Assembly: GCF_044647545.1 (NCBI RefSeq)
Contig: NZ_CP172818.1
Strand: one strand, 5' to 3'
DNA length: 64,000 nucleotides
Origin: Escherichia coli
GTDB taxonomy: Bacteria; Pseudomonadota; Gammaproteobacteria; Enterobacterales; Enterobacteriaceae
In this document: in pieces, positions 1 through 13,281 of the stretch
Position numbering within the stretch: position 1 is the stretch's first letter
Layout of the letters: each line of letters begins with the position of its first letter
Position numbers and translations under genes: made by a program
Notes under the pieces: generated by a model
What the model was told of the DNA's origin: nothing
Seen by the model: only the letters and a program-made list of their open reading frames with translations
Database searches by the model: none

Positions 1-522
1 GTGATGGCAGCCCAGGAGCAGGATCTCGACGCGATTGCCGCTGAAATTCTCGCGGCGTTGGATGGTACGCTGGACGACTTTATCATCGCACGTGAAACCG
101 AAGGTCAGGCGCTGAAAGCATTGATCGAGCAGCGTCTGGAAGTCGTCAGCGCCGAAGTGGTCAAAGTCCGCGCCCATATGCCGGAAATCCTGCAATGGCA
201 GCGTGAGCGTCTGGTCGCGAAGCTGGAAGATGCTCAGGTGCAACTGGAAAACAACCGTCTGGAGCAGGAGTTGGTTCTGCTGGCACAACGAATTGACGTT
301 GCCGAAGAACTTGACCGCCTCGAAGCGCATGTCAAAGAGACCTACAACATTCTGAAGAAAAAAGAAGCGGTTGGCCGTCGTCTGGACTTTATGATGCAGG
401 AGTTCAACCGCGAGTCGAACACTCTTGCTTCGAAGTCTATCAATGCCGAAGTGACAAACTCCGCGATTGAGCTGAAAGTGTTGATTGAGCAGATGCGCGA
501 GCAGATTCAGAACATTGAATAA
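1..522 (+). CDS. yicC: YicC-family stress-induced protein, C-terminal 173 codons (5' end lies before the window)
   Basis: Frame is open from base 1; translation matches the YicC C-terminal region; lies upstream of dinD as in E. coli K-12. Confidence 0.85.
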   Translation: MMAAQEQDLDAIAAEILAALDGTLDDFIIARETEGQALKALIEQRLEVVSAEVVKVRAHMPEILQWQRERLVAKLEDAQVQLENNRLEQELVLLAQRIDVAEELDRLEAHVKETYNILKKKEAVGRRLDFMMQEFNRESNTLASKSINAEVTNSAIELKVLIEQMREQIQNIE

Positions 523-681
523 CTCGTAACGCCAATTCTTACTTTTCAGCCTTCACAAATGCCGCCCACTCAAACAGAGCGGCATTTTTCTTCCCCGCAA
601 CTTCAATTCTGTTTTGCGTGCCTGCTCCAGATTTTGCGATGTTTTTTTGCCCAGCACACTGAGAACGTGAGATACTCACAA

Positions 682-697
682 CTGTATATAAACACAG
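682..697 (+). promoter_or_regulatory. LexA box (SOS operator) upstream of dinD
   Basis: CTGTATATAAACACAG fits the CTGT-N8-ACAG LexA consensus, about 45 bp upstream of the dinD start. Confidence 0.8.
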
Positions 698-742
698 TTA
701 CAGATTTACTTTCTTTGCAATCGATATCACATGGAGTGGGCA

Positions 743-1567
743 ATGAACGAACATCATCAACCTTTTGAAGAGATACGGCATTATGGCACTGAAGGGCAAG
801 AATTTTGGTCAGCGAGAGAATTGGCACCGTTACTGGATTATCGGGACTGGCGCAATTTTCAAAAGGTACTGGCCCGCGCGACTCAAGCGTGCGAAGCCAG
901 CAATCAAGCTGCATCTGACCATTTCGTTGAAACCACCAAAATGGTTGTATTAGGTTCAGGGGCTCAACGAGAACTTGAAGATGTTCATCTCTCCCGCTAT
1001 GCCTGTTACCTGGTAGTACAAAACGGCGACCCTGCGAAACCGGTTATTGCAGTAGGGCAAACTTATTTTGCTATCCAGACCCGACGGCAGGAGCTGGCTG
1101 ACGATGAAGCTTTCAGGCAACTTCGTGAAGACGAAAAGCGTCTTTTTCTGAGAAATGAGTTGAAAGAACATAACAAACAATTAGTTGAGGCAGCGCAGCA
1201 AGCTGGGGTAGCGACAGCTATCGATTTCGCCATATTTCAGAATCATGGTTACCGGGGACTGTATGGTGGATTAGATCAGAAAGCCATCCATCAGCGGAAG
1301 GGGCTGAAAAAGAGTCAGAAGATCCTGGATCATATGGGTTCAACAGAACTGGCGGCTAATCTCTTTCGAGCTACCCAAACAGAAGAAAAACTCAAGCGGG
1401 ATGGCGTGAATTCAAAACAGCAAGCTAACACCACACACTTTGACGTGGGTCGCAAGGTGAGGCAAACCATTCAGGAACTTGGCGGAACCATGCCTGAGGA
1501 GTTGCCGACCCCGCAGGTCAGCATCAAGCAGTTGGAAAACAGTGTAAAAATTACAGAGAAAAAATAG
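743..1567 (+). CDS. dinD: DNA-damage-inducible protein D
   Basis: 274-codon frame from ATG at 743 (track ORF 731-1567 has a 4-codon upstream extension); length and sequence as recalled for K-12 DinD; LexA box upstream. Confidence 0.9.
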   Translation: MNEHHQPFEEIRHYGTEGQEFWSARELAPLLDYRDWRNFQKVLARATQACEASNQAASDHFVETTKMVVLGSGAQRELEDVHLSRYACYLVVQNGDPAKPVIAVGQTYFAIQTRRQELADDEAFRQLREDEKRLFLRNELKEHNKQLVEAAQQAGVATAIDFAIFQNHGYRGLYGGLDQKAIHQRKGLKKSQKILDHMGSTELAANLFRATQTEEKLKRDGVNSKQQANTTHFDVGRKVRQTIQELGGTMPEELPTPQVSIKQLENSVKITEKK

Positions 1568-1857
1568 CAGAAACTAAAAACTCTTTTTGATGATTGAGAC
1601 ACCCGATGCGTAAGCCAAGGTCCAGGTGCAGTGAACACAATGGCTAACATTGCACCTTTCTTTTCCACCCCTCAGTTTTAACCTACTTTTTCTTATGCAT
1701 TTTCTCAGACAAGAAGTCAGAAGAATGCATCTACGCTACAGAAAACAACGATTTCACATAACTAAAAATTATCAATTTCCTCTCACCTTAAAAAATCTCA
1801 ATCGTGACAATGCGCACAAATCGCTACCCTGCCAGACAGATTTTTAGGGAGAGAGCC

Positions 1858-4246
<2,389 letters not shown>

Positions 4247-4270
4247 GAATCGTCTTTATTGCAGTGAATC

Positions 4271-5035
<765 letters not shown>

Positions 5036-5089
5036 ACCTGATTTCAGTATCATGCCCAGTCATTTCTTCACCTGTGGAGCTTTTTAAGT

Positions 5090-5365
5090 ATGGCACGCGT
5101 AACTGTTCAGGACGCTGTAGAGAAAATTGGTAACCGTTTTGACCTGGTACTGGTCGCCGCGCGTCGCGCTCGTCAGATGCAGGTAGGCGGAAAGGATCCG
5201 CTGGTACCGGAAGAAAACGATAAAACCACTGTAATCGCGCTGCGCGAAATCGAAGAAGGTCTGATCAACAACCAGATCCTCGACGTTCGCGAACGCCAGG
5301 AACAGCAAGAGCAGGAAGCCGCTGAATTACAAGCCGTTACCGCTATTGCTGAAGGTCGTCGTTAA
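5090..5365 (+). CDS. rpoZ: RNA polymerase omega subunit
   Basis: 91-codon [32 protein letters not shown]; immediately upstream of spoT. Confidence 0.95.
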
Positions 5366-5383
5366 TCACAAAGCGGGTCGCCC

Positions 5384-7492
5384 TTGTATCTGTTTGAAAG
5401 CCTGAATCAGCTGATTCAAAACTACCTGCCGGAAGACCAAATCAAGCGTCTGCGGCAGGCGTATCTCGTTGCACGTGATGCTCACGAGGGGCAAACACGT
5501 TCAAGCGGTGAACCCTATATCACGCACCCGGTGGCGGTTGCCTGCATTCTGGCCGAGATGAAACTCGACTATGAAACGCTGATGGCGGCGCTGCTGCATG
5601 ATGTGATTGAAGATACACCCGCCACCTACCAGGACATGGAACAGCTTTTTGGTAAAAGCGTCGCCGAGCTGGTAGAGGGGGTGTCGAAACTTGATAAGCT
5701 CAAGTTCCGCGATAAGAAAGAGGCGCAGGCCGAAAACTTTCGCAAGATGATTATGGCGATGGTGCAGGATATCCGCGTCATTCTCATCAAACTTGCCGAC
5801 CGTACCCACAACATGCGCACGCTGGGCTCACTTCGCCCGGACAAACGTCGCCGCATCGCCCGTGAAACCCTCGAAATTTACAGCCCGCTGGCACACCGTT
5901 TAGGTATCCACCACATTAAAACCGAACTCGAAGAGCTGGGTTTTGAGGCGCTGTATCCCAACCGTTATCGCGTAATCAAAGAAGTGGTGAAAGCCGCGCG
6001 CGGCAACCGTAAAGAGATGATCCAGAAGATTCTTTCTGAAATCGAAGGGCGTTTGCAGGAAGCGGGAATACCGTGCCGCGTCAGTGGTCGCGAGAAGCAT
6101 CTTTATTCGATTTACTGCAAAATGGTGCTCAAAGAGCAGCGTTTTCACTCAATCATGGACATCTACGCCTTCCGCGTGATCGTCAATGATTCCGACACCT
6201 GTTATCGCGTGCTCGGGCAAATGCATAGCCTGTACAAGCCGCGTCCGGGTCGCGTAAAAGATTACATCGCCATTCCAAAAGCGAACGGCTATCAGTCTTT
6301 GCACACCTCGATGATTGGCCCGCACGGCGTGCCGGTTGAGGTCCAGATCCGTACCGAAGATATGGATCAGATGGCAGAGATGGGTGTTGCCGCGCACTGG
6401 GCTTATAAAGAGCACGGCGAAACCAGTACTACCGCACAAATCCGCGCCCAGCGCTGGATGCAAAGCCTGCTGGAGCTGCAACAGAGCGCCGGTAGTTCGT
6501 TTGAATTTATCGAGAGCGTTAAATCCGATCTCTTCCCCGATGAGATTTACGTTTTCACACCGGAAGGGCGCATTGTAGAGCTGCCTGCCGGTGCAACGCC
6601 CGTCGACTTCGCTTATGCGGTGCATACCGATATCGGCCATGCCTGCGTGGGCGCGCGTGTCGACCGTCAGCCTTACCCGCTGTCGCAGCCGCTGACCAGC
6701 GGTCAAACCGTTGAAATCATTACCGCACCGGGCGCTCGCCCGAATGCCGCGTGGCTGAACTTTGTCGTCAGCTCGAAAGCGCGCGCCAAAATTCGTCAGT
6801 TGCTGAAAAACCTCAAGCGTGATGATTCTGTTAGTCTGGGCCGTCGTCTGCTCAACCATGCGTTGGGTGGCAGCCGCAAGCTCAATGAAATCCCGCAGGA
6901 AAATATTCAGCGCGAGCTGGACCGCATGAAGCTGGCAACGCTTGACGATCTGCTGGCTGAAATCGGCCTTGGTAACGCTATGAGCGTGGTGGTCGCGAAA
7001 AATCTGCAACATGGGGACGCCTCCATTCCACCGGCAACCCAAAGTCACGGACATCTGCCCATTAAAGGTGCCGATGGCGTGCTGATCACCTTTGCGAAAT
7101 GCTGCCGCCCTATTCCTGGCGACCCGATTATCGCCCACGTCAGCCCCGGTAAAGGTCTGGTGATCCACCATGAATCCTGCCGTAACATCCGTGGCTACCA
7201 GAAAGAGCCAGAGAAGTTTATGGCTGTGGAATGGGATAAAGAGACGGCGCAGGAGTTCATCACCGAAATCAAGGTGGAGATGTTCAATCATCAGGGCGCG
7301 CTGGCAAACCTGACAGCGGCAATTAACACCACCACCTCGAATATTCAAAGTTTGAATACGGAAGAGAAAGATGGTCGCGTCTACAGCGCCTTTATTCGTC
7401 TGACCGCCCGTGACCGTGTGCATCTGGCGAATATCATGCGCAAAATCCGCGTGATGCCAGACGTGATTAAAGTCACCCGAAACCGAAATTAA
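5384..7492 (+). CDS. spoT: Bifunctional (p)ppGpp synthetase / hydrolase SpoT
   Basis: 702-codon frame with HD, synthetase, TGS and ACT regions; first codon is TTG (non-ATG start). Confidence 0.95.
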   Translation: MYLFESLNQLIQNYLPEDQIKRLRQAYLVARDAHEGQTRSSGEPYITHPVAVACILAEMKLDYETLMAALLHDVIEDTPATYQDMEQLFGKSVAELVEGVSKLDKLKFRDKKEAQAENFRKMIMAMVQDIRVILIKLADRTHNMRTLGSLRPDKRRRIARETLEIYSPLAHRLGIHHIKTELEELGFEALYPNRYRVIKEVVKAARGNRKEMIQKILSEIEGRLQEAGIPCRVSGREKHLYSIYCKMVLKEQRFHSIMDIYAFRVIVNDSDTCYRVLGQMHSLYKPRPGRVKDYIAIPKANGYQSLHTSMIGPHGVPVEVQIRTEDMDQMAEMGVAAHWAYKEHGETSTTAQIRAQRWMQSLLELQQSAGSSFEFIESVKSDLFPDEIYVFTPEGRIVELPAGATPVDFAYAVHTDIGHACVGARVDRQPYPLSQPLTSGQTVEIITAPGARPNAAWLNFVVSSKARAKIRQLLKNLKRDDSVSLGRRLLNHALGGSRKLNEIPQENIQRELDRMKLATLDDLLAEIGLGNAMSVVVAKNLQHGDASIPPATQSHGHLPIKGADGVLITFAKCCRPIPGDPIIAHVSPGKGLVIHHESCRNIRGYQKEPEKFMAVEWDKETAQEFITEIKVEMFNHQGALANLTAAINTTTSNIQSLNTEEKDGRVYSAFIRLTARDRVHLANIMRKIRVMPDVIKVTRNRN

Positions 7493-7498
7493 TGTTTT

Positions 7499-8188
7499 AT
7501 GAACCCAACACGTTATGCACGTATCTGCGAAATGCTCGCCAGGCGGCAGCCTGATCTGACCGTCTGCATGGAGCAGGTCCACAAACCTCATAACGTTTCT
7601 GCGATTATTCGTACCGCAGATGCCGTTGGTGTACATGAAGTTCATGCTGTCTGGCCTGGCAGTCGGATGCGCACCATGGCTTCGGCAGCTGCGGGTAGTA
7701 ACAGCTGGGTACAGGTGAAAACGCACCGCACCATTGGCGATGCCGTCGCTCATCTGAAAGGCCAGGGCATGCAGATTCTGGCAACCCATCTTTCTGATAA
7801 CGCTGTCGATTTCCGCGAAATTGATTACACTCGCCCGACCTGTATTTTGATGGGACAGGAGAAAACAGGCATCACGCAGGAAGCGTTGGCCCTGGCGGAT
7901 CGGGACATCATCATTCCGATGATTGGCATGGTGCAATCGCTGAATGTTTCCGTTGCCTCAGCCCTCATTCTTTACGAAGCCCAGCGCCAGCGGCAAAATG
8001 CGGGCATGTACCTGCGTGAAAACAGCATGTTGCCGGAAGCAGAGCAACAACGCCTGTTGTTTGAAGGCGGCTATCCGGTGCTGGCGAAAGTCGCAAAACG
8101 CAAAGGCCTGCCTTACCCCCACGTCAATCAGCAGGGCGAAATTGAAGCTGATGCCGACTGGTGGGCTACCATGCAGGCTGCAGGATAA
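7499..8188 (+). CDS. trmH: tRNA (Gm18) 2'-O-methyltransferase
   Basis: 229-codon SpoU-family methyltransferase 6 bp downstream of spoT. Confidence 0.9.
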   Translation: MNPTRYARICEMLARRQPDLTVCMEQVHKPHNVSAIIRTADAVGVHEVHAVWPGSRMRTMASAAAGSNSWVQVKTHRTIGDAVAHLKGQGMQILATHLSDNAVDFREIDYTRPTCILMGQEKTGITQEALALADRDIIIPMIGMVQSLNVSVASALILYEAQRQRQNAGMYLRENSMLPEAEQQRLLFEGGYPVLAKVAKRKGLPYPHVNQQGEIEADADWWATMQAAG

Positions 8189-8193
8189 GTGCC

Positions 8194-10275
8194 ATGAAAG
8201 GTCGCCTGTTAGATGCTGTCCCGCTCAGTTCCCTAACGGGCGTTGGCGCAGCGCTTAGTAACAAGCTGGCGAAAATCAACCTGCATACCGTGCAGGATCT
8301 ACTCTTACACCTTCCCCTGCGCTACGAAGATCGCACCCATCTCTACCCCATCGGAGAACTACTACCGGGCGTTTATGCCACGGTGGAAGGCGAAGTGCTG
8401 AACTGCAATATCTCCTTCGGCGGTCGGCGGATGATGACCTGCCAGATCAGCGACGGTTCCGGCATTCTCACCATGCGCTTTTTCAACTTCAACGCGGCAA
8501 TGAAAAATAGCCTGGCGACGGGCCGCCGCGTGCTGGCCTATGGAGAAGCAAAGCGCGGTAAATATGGCGCGGAGATGATCCACCCGGAATACCGCGTGCA
8601 GGGCGATCTCAGTACGCCAGAGTTGCAGGAAACGCTTACGCCGGTTTATCCAACAACCGAAGGCGTAAAGCAGGCCACGCTGCGTAAATTAACCGACCAG
8701 GCGCTTGATCTGCTCGACACCTGCGCCATTGAAGAACTCCTGCCGCCGGAACTGTCACAAGGAATGATGACGCTACCGGAAGCGTTGCGCACTTTGCACC
8801 GCCCGCCGCCGACGCTACAGCTTAGCGATCTGGACACCGGCCAGCATCCGGCACAACGCCGTCTGATTCTGGAAGAACTGCTGGCGCACAACCTCAGCAT
8901 GTTAGCCTTACGTGCCGGAGCACAGCGTTTTCATGCCCAGCCACTGAGCGCCAATGACGCGCTGAAAAATAAACTCCTCGCCGCCTTACCGTTCAAGCCA
9001 ACGGGCGCACAGGCACGCGTAGCGGCGGAGATCGAGCGCGATATGGCGCTGGATGTGCCGATGATGCGCCTGGTACAGGGCGATGTAGGTTCCGGTAAAA
9101 CGCTGGTCGCCGCCCTCGCCGCGCTGCGTGCGATTGCCCACGGCAAACAGGTGGCATTGATGGCACCAACCGAATTACTCGCCGAACAGCACGCCAATAA
9201 CTTCCGTAACTGGTTTGCACCGCTCGGTATCGAAGTGGGCTGGCTCGCCGGTAGGCAGAAAGGTAAAGCGCGGCTGGCACAGCAGGAAGCCATCGCCAGC
9301 GGTCAGGTGCAGATGATTGTCGGAACACACGCCATCTTCCAGGAACAGGTGCAGTTTAACGGTCTGGCGCTGGTGATTATCGACGAACAGCATCGTTTTG
9401 GCGTGCATCAGCGTCTGGCGTTATGGGAGAAAGGCCAGCAGCAGGGCTTCCATCCGCATCAGTTGATCATGACCGCCACGCCCATCCCCCGCACGCTGGC
9501 GATGACTGCGTATGCTGATCTCGATACCTCGGTGATAGATGAGCTGCCGCCAGGCCGCACGCCAGTGACTACGGTCGCTATTCCTGATACCCGCCGTACC
9601 GACATTATTGACCGCGTGCGCCACGCCTGCATAACTGAAGGTCGTCAGGCATACTGGGTTTGTACGTTGATTGAAGAGTCGGAATTGCTGGAAGCGCAGG
9701 CGGCGGAAGCAACCTGGGAAGAGTTGAAACTGGCGTTGCCGGAACTGAACGTCGGCCTGGTACACGGGCGGATGAAACCTGCCGATAAACAGGCGGTGAT
9801 GGCGTCGTTTAAACAAGGTGAACTACACCTGCTGGTTGCCACTACCGTTATTGAAGTCGGTGTTGATGTGCCTAACGCCAGTCTGATGATTATCGAAAAC
9901 CCTGAGCGTCTGGGTCTGGCGCAGTTACACCAGCTTCGCGGGCGTGTAGGTCGTGGTGCGGTGGCTTCTCACTGCGTGCTGCTCTACAAAACGCCGCTCT
10001 CCAAAACCGCGCAAATTCGGCTGCAAGTGCTGCGCGACAGCAACGACGGTTTTGTGATTGCACAGAAAGACTTAGAGATTCGCGGCCCTGGCGAATTGTT
10101 AGGTACGCGTCAGACGGGTAATGCTGAATTTAAAGTGGCGGATTTACTGCGCGATCAGGCGATGATCCCGGAAGTTCAGCGCCTGGCGCGACATATTCAC
10201 GAACGTTACCCACAACAGGCAAAAGCCCTGATAGAACGCTGGATGCCGGAGACGGAACGTTACTCGAATGCGTAA
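8194..10275 (+). CDS. recG: ATP-dependent DNA helicase RecG
   Basis: 693 codons from ATG 8194 (MKGRLLDAVPL); Walker A GDVGSGKT, DEQH box and helicase C-terminal motifs. Confidence 0.95.
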   Translation: MKGRLLDAVPLSSLTGVGAALSNKLAKINLHTVQDLLLHLPLRYEDRTHLYPIGELLPGVYATVEGEVLNCNISFGGRRMMTCQISDGSGILTMRFFNFNAAMKNSLATGRRVLAYGEAKRGKYGAEMIHPEYRVQGDLSTPELQETLTPVYPTTEGVKQATLRKLTDQALDLLDTCAIEELLPPELSQGMMTLPEALRTLHRPPPTLQLSDLDTGQHPAQRRLILEELLAHNLSMLALRAGAQRFHAQPLSANDALKNKLLAALPFKPTGAQARVAAEIERDMALDVPMMRLVQGDVGSGKTLVAALAALRAIAHGKQVALMAPTELLAEQHANNFRNWFAPLGIEVGWLAGRQKGKARLAQQEAIASGQVQMIVGTHAIFQEQVQFNGLALVIIDEQHRFGVHQRLALWEKGQQQGFHPHQLIMTATPIPRTLAMTAYADLDTSVIDELPPGRTPVTTVAIPDTRRTDIIDRVRHACITEGRQAYWVCTLIEESELLEAQAAEATWEELKLALPELNVGLVHGRMKPADKQAVMASFKQGELHLLVATTVIEVGVDVPNASLMIIENPERLGLAQLHQLRGRVGRGAVASHCVLLYKTPLSKTAQIRLQVLRDSNDGFVIAQKDLEIRGPGELLGTRQTGNAEFKVADLLRDQAMIPEVQRLARHIHERYPQQAKALIERWMPETERYSNA

Positions 10276-10277
10276 AA

Positions 10278-10300
10278 GGCGGCGGTGAGAAGACCGCCGC
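10278..10300. terminator. Hairpin between convergent recG and gltS, probable bidirectional terminator
   Basis: GGCGGCGGT-loop-ACCGCCGC inverted repeat in the 33-bp gap between the two stop codons. Confidence 0.5.
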
Positions 10301-10308
10301 TTCATCGG

Positions 10309-11514
10309 TTAACCGGCAAAAATCGGCAACATCAAATACAGCTTAATCACCAGCGCATTGACGATATCGATAAAGAACGCACCGACCATCGGCACGACCA
10401 GGAACGCCATGTGCGACGGGCCAAAGCGTTCAGTGATCGCCTGCATGTTAGCGATTGCCGTTGGTGTCGCGCCAAGGCCAAAGCCACAGTGACCCGCAGC
10501 CAGCACTGCCGCATCGTAGTTTTTGCCCATCATGCGCCAGGTAACGAAGATGGCATACAACGCCATGAAGATGGTCTGTACCACCAGAATCGCCAGCATC
10601 GGCAGCGCCAGCGAAGCCAGCTCCCACAGTTTCAGCCCCATCAGCGCCATCGCCAGGAACAACGACAGGCTTACGTTACCCAGCACGGATACCGCTCGCT
10701 CAAAGACGCGGTAAAAGCCCATCATTGACAGACCGTTGCTCAGAATCACGCCAACAAATAGTACACAGACGAAGGTCGGTAGTTCAAAAGCAGTACCAGC
10801 CAAAAGTTGCGCAACAATTTTCCCCACCGTCAGGCAGATAGCAATCAGCGCGATAGTTTCAATCAGCACCAGCGAGGTGATCATGCGGCCCACATCCGGC
10901 TTTTCGAACGCAGTCGGAACTTCCTGGTCATCCGGAATACCGTTCGGTGTGGTGGAGTGTTTCACCAGATAGCGCGCCACCGGACCGCCAATCAAGCCGC
11001 CCAGCACCAAACCGAACGTTGCACAGGCCATCGCCACTTCTGTCGCATTGGTGAAGCCATAACGTTCAATGAACAATTTACTCCATGCAGCTCCCGTACC
11101 GTGACCGCCGGAAAGCGTAATAGAACCGGCCAACAGCCCCATCAGCGGATCAAGCCCTAACAGGCTAGCCATACCAATGCCAATGGCATTTTGCATCACC
11201 AACAGGCCAACAACCACAATCAAGAAGATGCCAACCACACGCCCACCGGCACGCAAACTGGCAATGTTGGCGTTCAGGCCAATGGTGGCGAAGAAAGCCA
11301 GCATCAACGGATCGCGCAGGGACATATCAAAGTTGACTTCCCAGCCCATGCTTTTTTTCAGTATCAGCAGCGCCAGCGCCACTAATAAACCACCCGCAAC
11401 AGGTTCCGGTATGGTGTATTTCTTCAAAAAGGAGACGGAATGGACCAACTTGCGCCCGAGCAGCAACGTCAGCGTTGCGGCAACAAGCGTTGCTAAAGTA
11501 TCGAGATGAAACAT
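10309..11514 (-). CDS. gltS: Sodium/glutamate symporter
   Basis: 401-codon polytopic membrane protein MFHLDTLATLVAATLTLLLG. Confidence 0.95.
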   Translation of the reverse strand: MFHLDTLATLVAATLTLLLGRKLVHSVSFLKKYTIPEPVAGGLLVALALLILKKSMGWEVNFDMSLRDPLMLAFFATIGLNANIASLRAGGRVVGIFLIVVVGLLVMQNAIGIGMASLLGLDPLMGLLAGSITLSGGHGTGAAWSKLFIERYGFTNATEVAMACATFGLVLGGLIGGPVARYLVKHSTTPNGIPDDQEVPTAFEKPDVGRMITSLVLIETIALIAICLTVGKIVAQLLAGTAFELPTFVCVLFVGVILSNGLSMMGFYRVFERAVSVLGNVSLSLFLAMALMGLKLWELASLALPMLAILVVQTIFMALYAIFVTWRMMGKNYDAAVLAAGHCGFGLGATPTAIANMQAITERFGPSHMAFLVVPMVGAFFIDIVNALVIKLYLMLPIFAG

Positions 11515-11793
11515 AGTTACTCCTTTGTGTCCGCATCACTCTTTCATACTCGTCATACTTCATCGCGCATTTGCAGTAAGGCGAAATATGACGAGTATCG
11601 AGTCATGCTTTCCTGGTTCGAATTCTTCGCTGAAAATAGAAAAATGGCATGGATTTTAAGCAGAAAACAACTAAAAGTTATATAAAAAAGTACATTTATC
11701 TCATTTAAATATTTAGATGAGGATGTGGCAAACGTTTGCTTTTCTCTTTCGGTCAGCTAAAATGCCCGCTTTGCTACCACGGGATTGTTTTCG

Positions 11794-13185
11794 ATGTCTG
11801 TTTCCACCCTCGAGTCAGAAAATGCGCAACCGGTTGCGCAGACTCAAAACAGCGAACTGATTTACCGTCTTGAAGATCGTCCGCCGCTTCCTCAAACCCT
11901 GTTTGCCGCCTGTCAGCATTTGCTGGCGATGTTCGTTGCGGTGATCACGCCAGCGCTATTAATCTGCCAGGCGCTGGGTTTACCGGCACAAGACACGCAA
12001 CACATTATTAGTATGTCGCTGTTTGCCTCCGGTGTGGCATCGATTATTCAAATTAAGGCCTGGGGTCCGGTTGGCTCCGGGTTGTTGTCTATTCAGGGCA
12101 CCAGCTTCAACTTTGTTGCTCCGCTGATTATGGGCGGCACAGCGCTGAAGACCGGTGGTGCTGATGTTCCTACCATGATGGCAGCTTTGTTCGGCACGTT
12201 GATGCTGGCAAGTTGTACCGAGATGGTGATCTCCCGCGTTCTGCATCTGGCGCGCCGCATTATTACGCCGCTGGTTTCTGGCGTTGTGGTGATGATTATC
12301 GGCCTGTCGCTAATTCAGGTTGGGCTGACCTCCATTGGCGGCGGTTACGCAGCCATGAGCGATAACACCTTCGGCGCACCGAAAAATCTGCTGCTGGCAG
12401 GCGTGGTCTTAGCCTTAATTATCCTGCTTAACCGTCAACGTAACCCTTACTTACGCGTGGCCTCACTGGTGATTGCGATGGCGGCCGGATATGCGCTGGC
12501 GTGGTTTATGGGCATGTTGCCAGAAAGCAACGAACCGATGACACAAGAACTGATTATGGTGCCAACGCCGCTCTATTACGGTCTTGGCATTGAATGGAGT
12601 CTGCTGCTGCCGCTGATGCTGGTCTTTATGATCACTTCGCTGGAAACCATTGGCGATATCACGGCGACCTCTGACGTTTCCGAACAGCCAGTGTCCGGTC
12701 CGCTGTACATGAAACGCCTGAAAGGCGGCGTACTGGCAAACGGCCTGAACTCGTTTGTCTCGGCGGTATTTAATACCTTCCCGAACTCCTGCTTCGGGCA
12801 GAACAACGGGGTGATCCAGTTAACCGGTGTTGCCAGCCGCTATGTCGGTTTTGTCGTCGCGCTGATGTTGATCGTGCTGGGTCTGTTCCCGGCAGTGAGC
12901 GGTTTTGTACAACACATTCCAGAACCGGTTCTGGGCGGCGCAACGCTTGTAATGTTTGGCACCATCGCCGCCTCCGGTGTGCGTATCGTTTCTCGTGAGC
13001 CGCTGAACCGCCGGGCGATTCTGATTATCGCGCTGTCGCTGGCGGTCGGTCTGGGCGTGTCTCAGCAGCCGCTGATTTTGCAGTTTGCCCCTGAATGGCT
13101 GAAAAACCTACTCTCCTCCGGGATTGCCGCGGGCGGTATTACTGCCATCGTGCTGAATCTGATTTTCCCACCAGAAAAACAGTAA
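11794..13185 (+). CDS. xanP: Xanthine permease (NCS2 family)
   Basis: 463 codons from ATG 11794; nucleobase:cation symporter-2 family membrane protein. Confidence 0.9.
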
Positions 13186-13281
13186 TTCACTGGCGGCGGT
13201 AAGATAATTACCGCCGCAGTCTCACCTCTTTCACCATTCCCGCCTTGAGGATTGCGCGTAAATCGTGCATAACTCCCTTAT

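Noticed and set aside
6149-7936. 595-codon minus-strand ORF antisense to spoT and trmH
   Set aside because: It overlaps two well-supported genes on the opposite strand and has Arg/His/Cys-rich composition typical of antisense frames of GC-rich coding DNA.
8931-9816. Minus-strand ORFs of 111-131 codons inside recG; similar antisense ORFs inside gltS (10285-10728, 10807-11160, 11177-11509), yidJ and the dgo genes
   Set aside because: Shadow ORFs antisense to confidently assigned genes, with no independent support.
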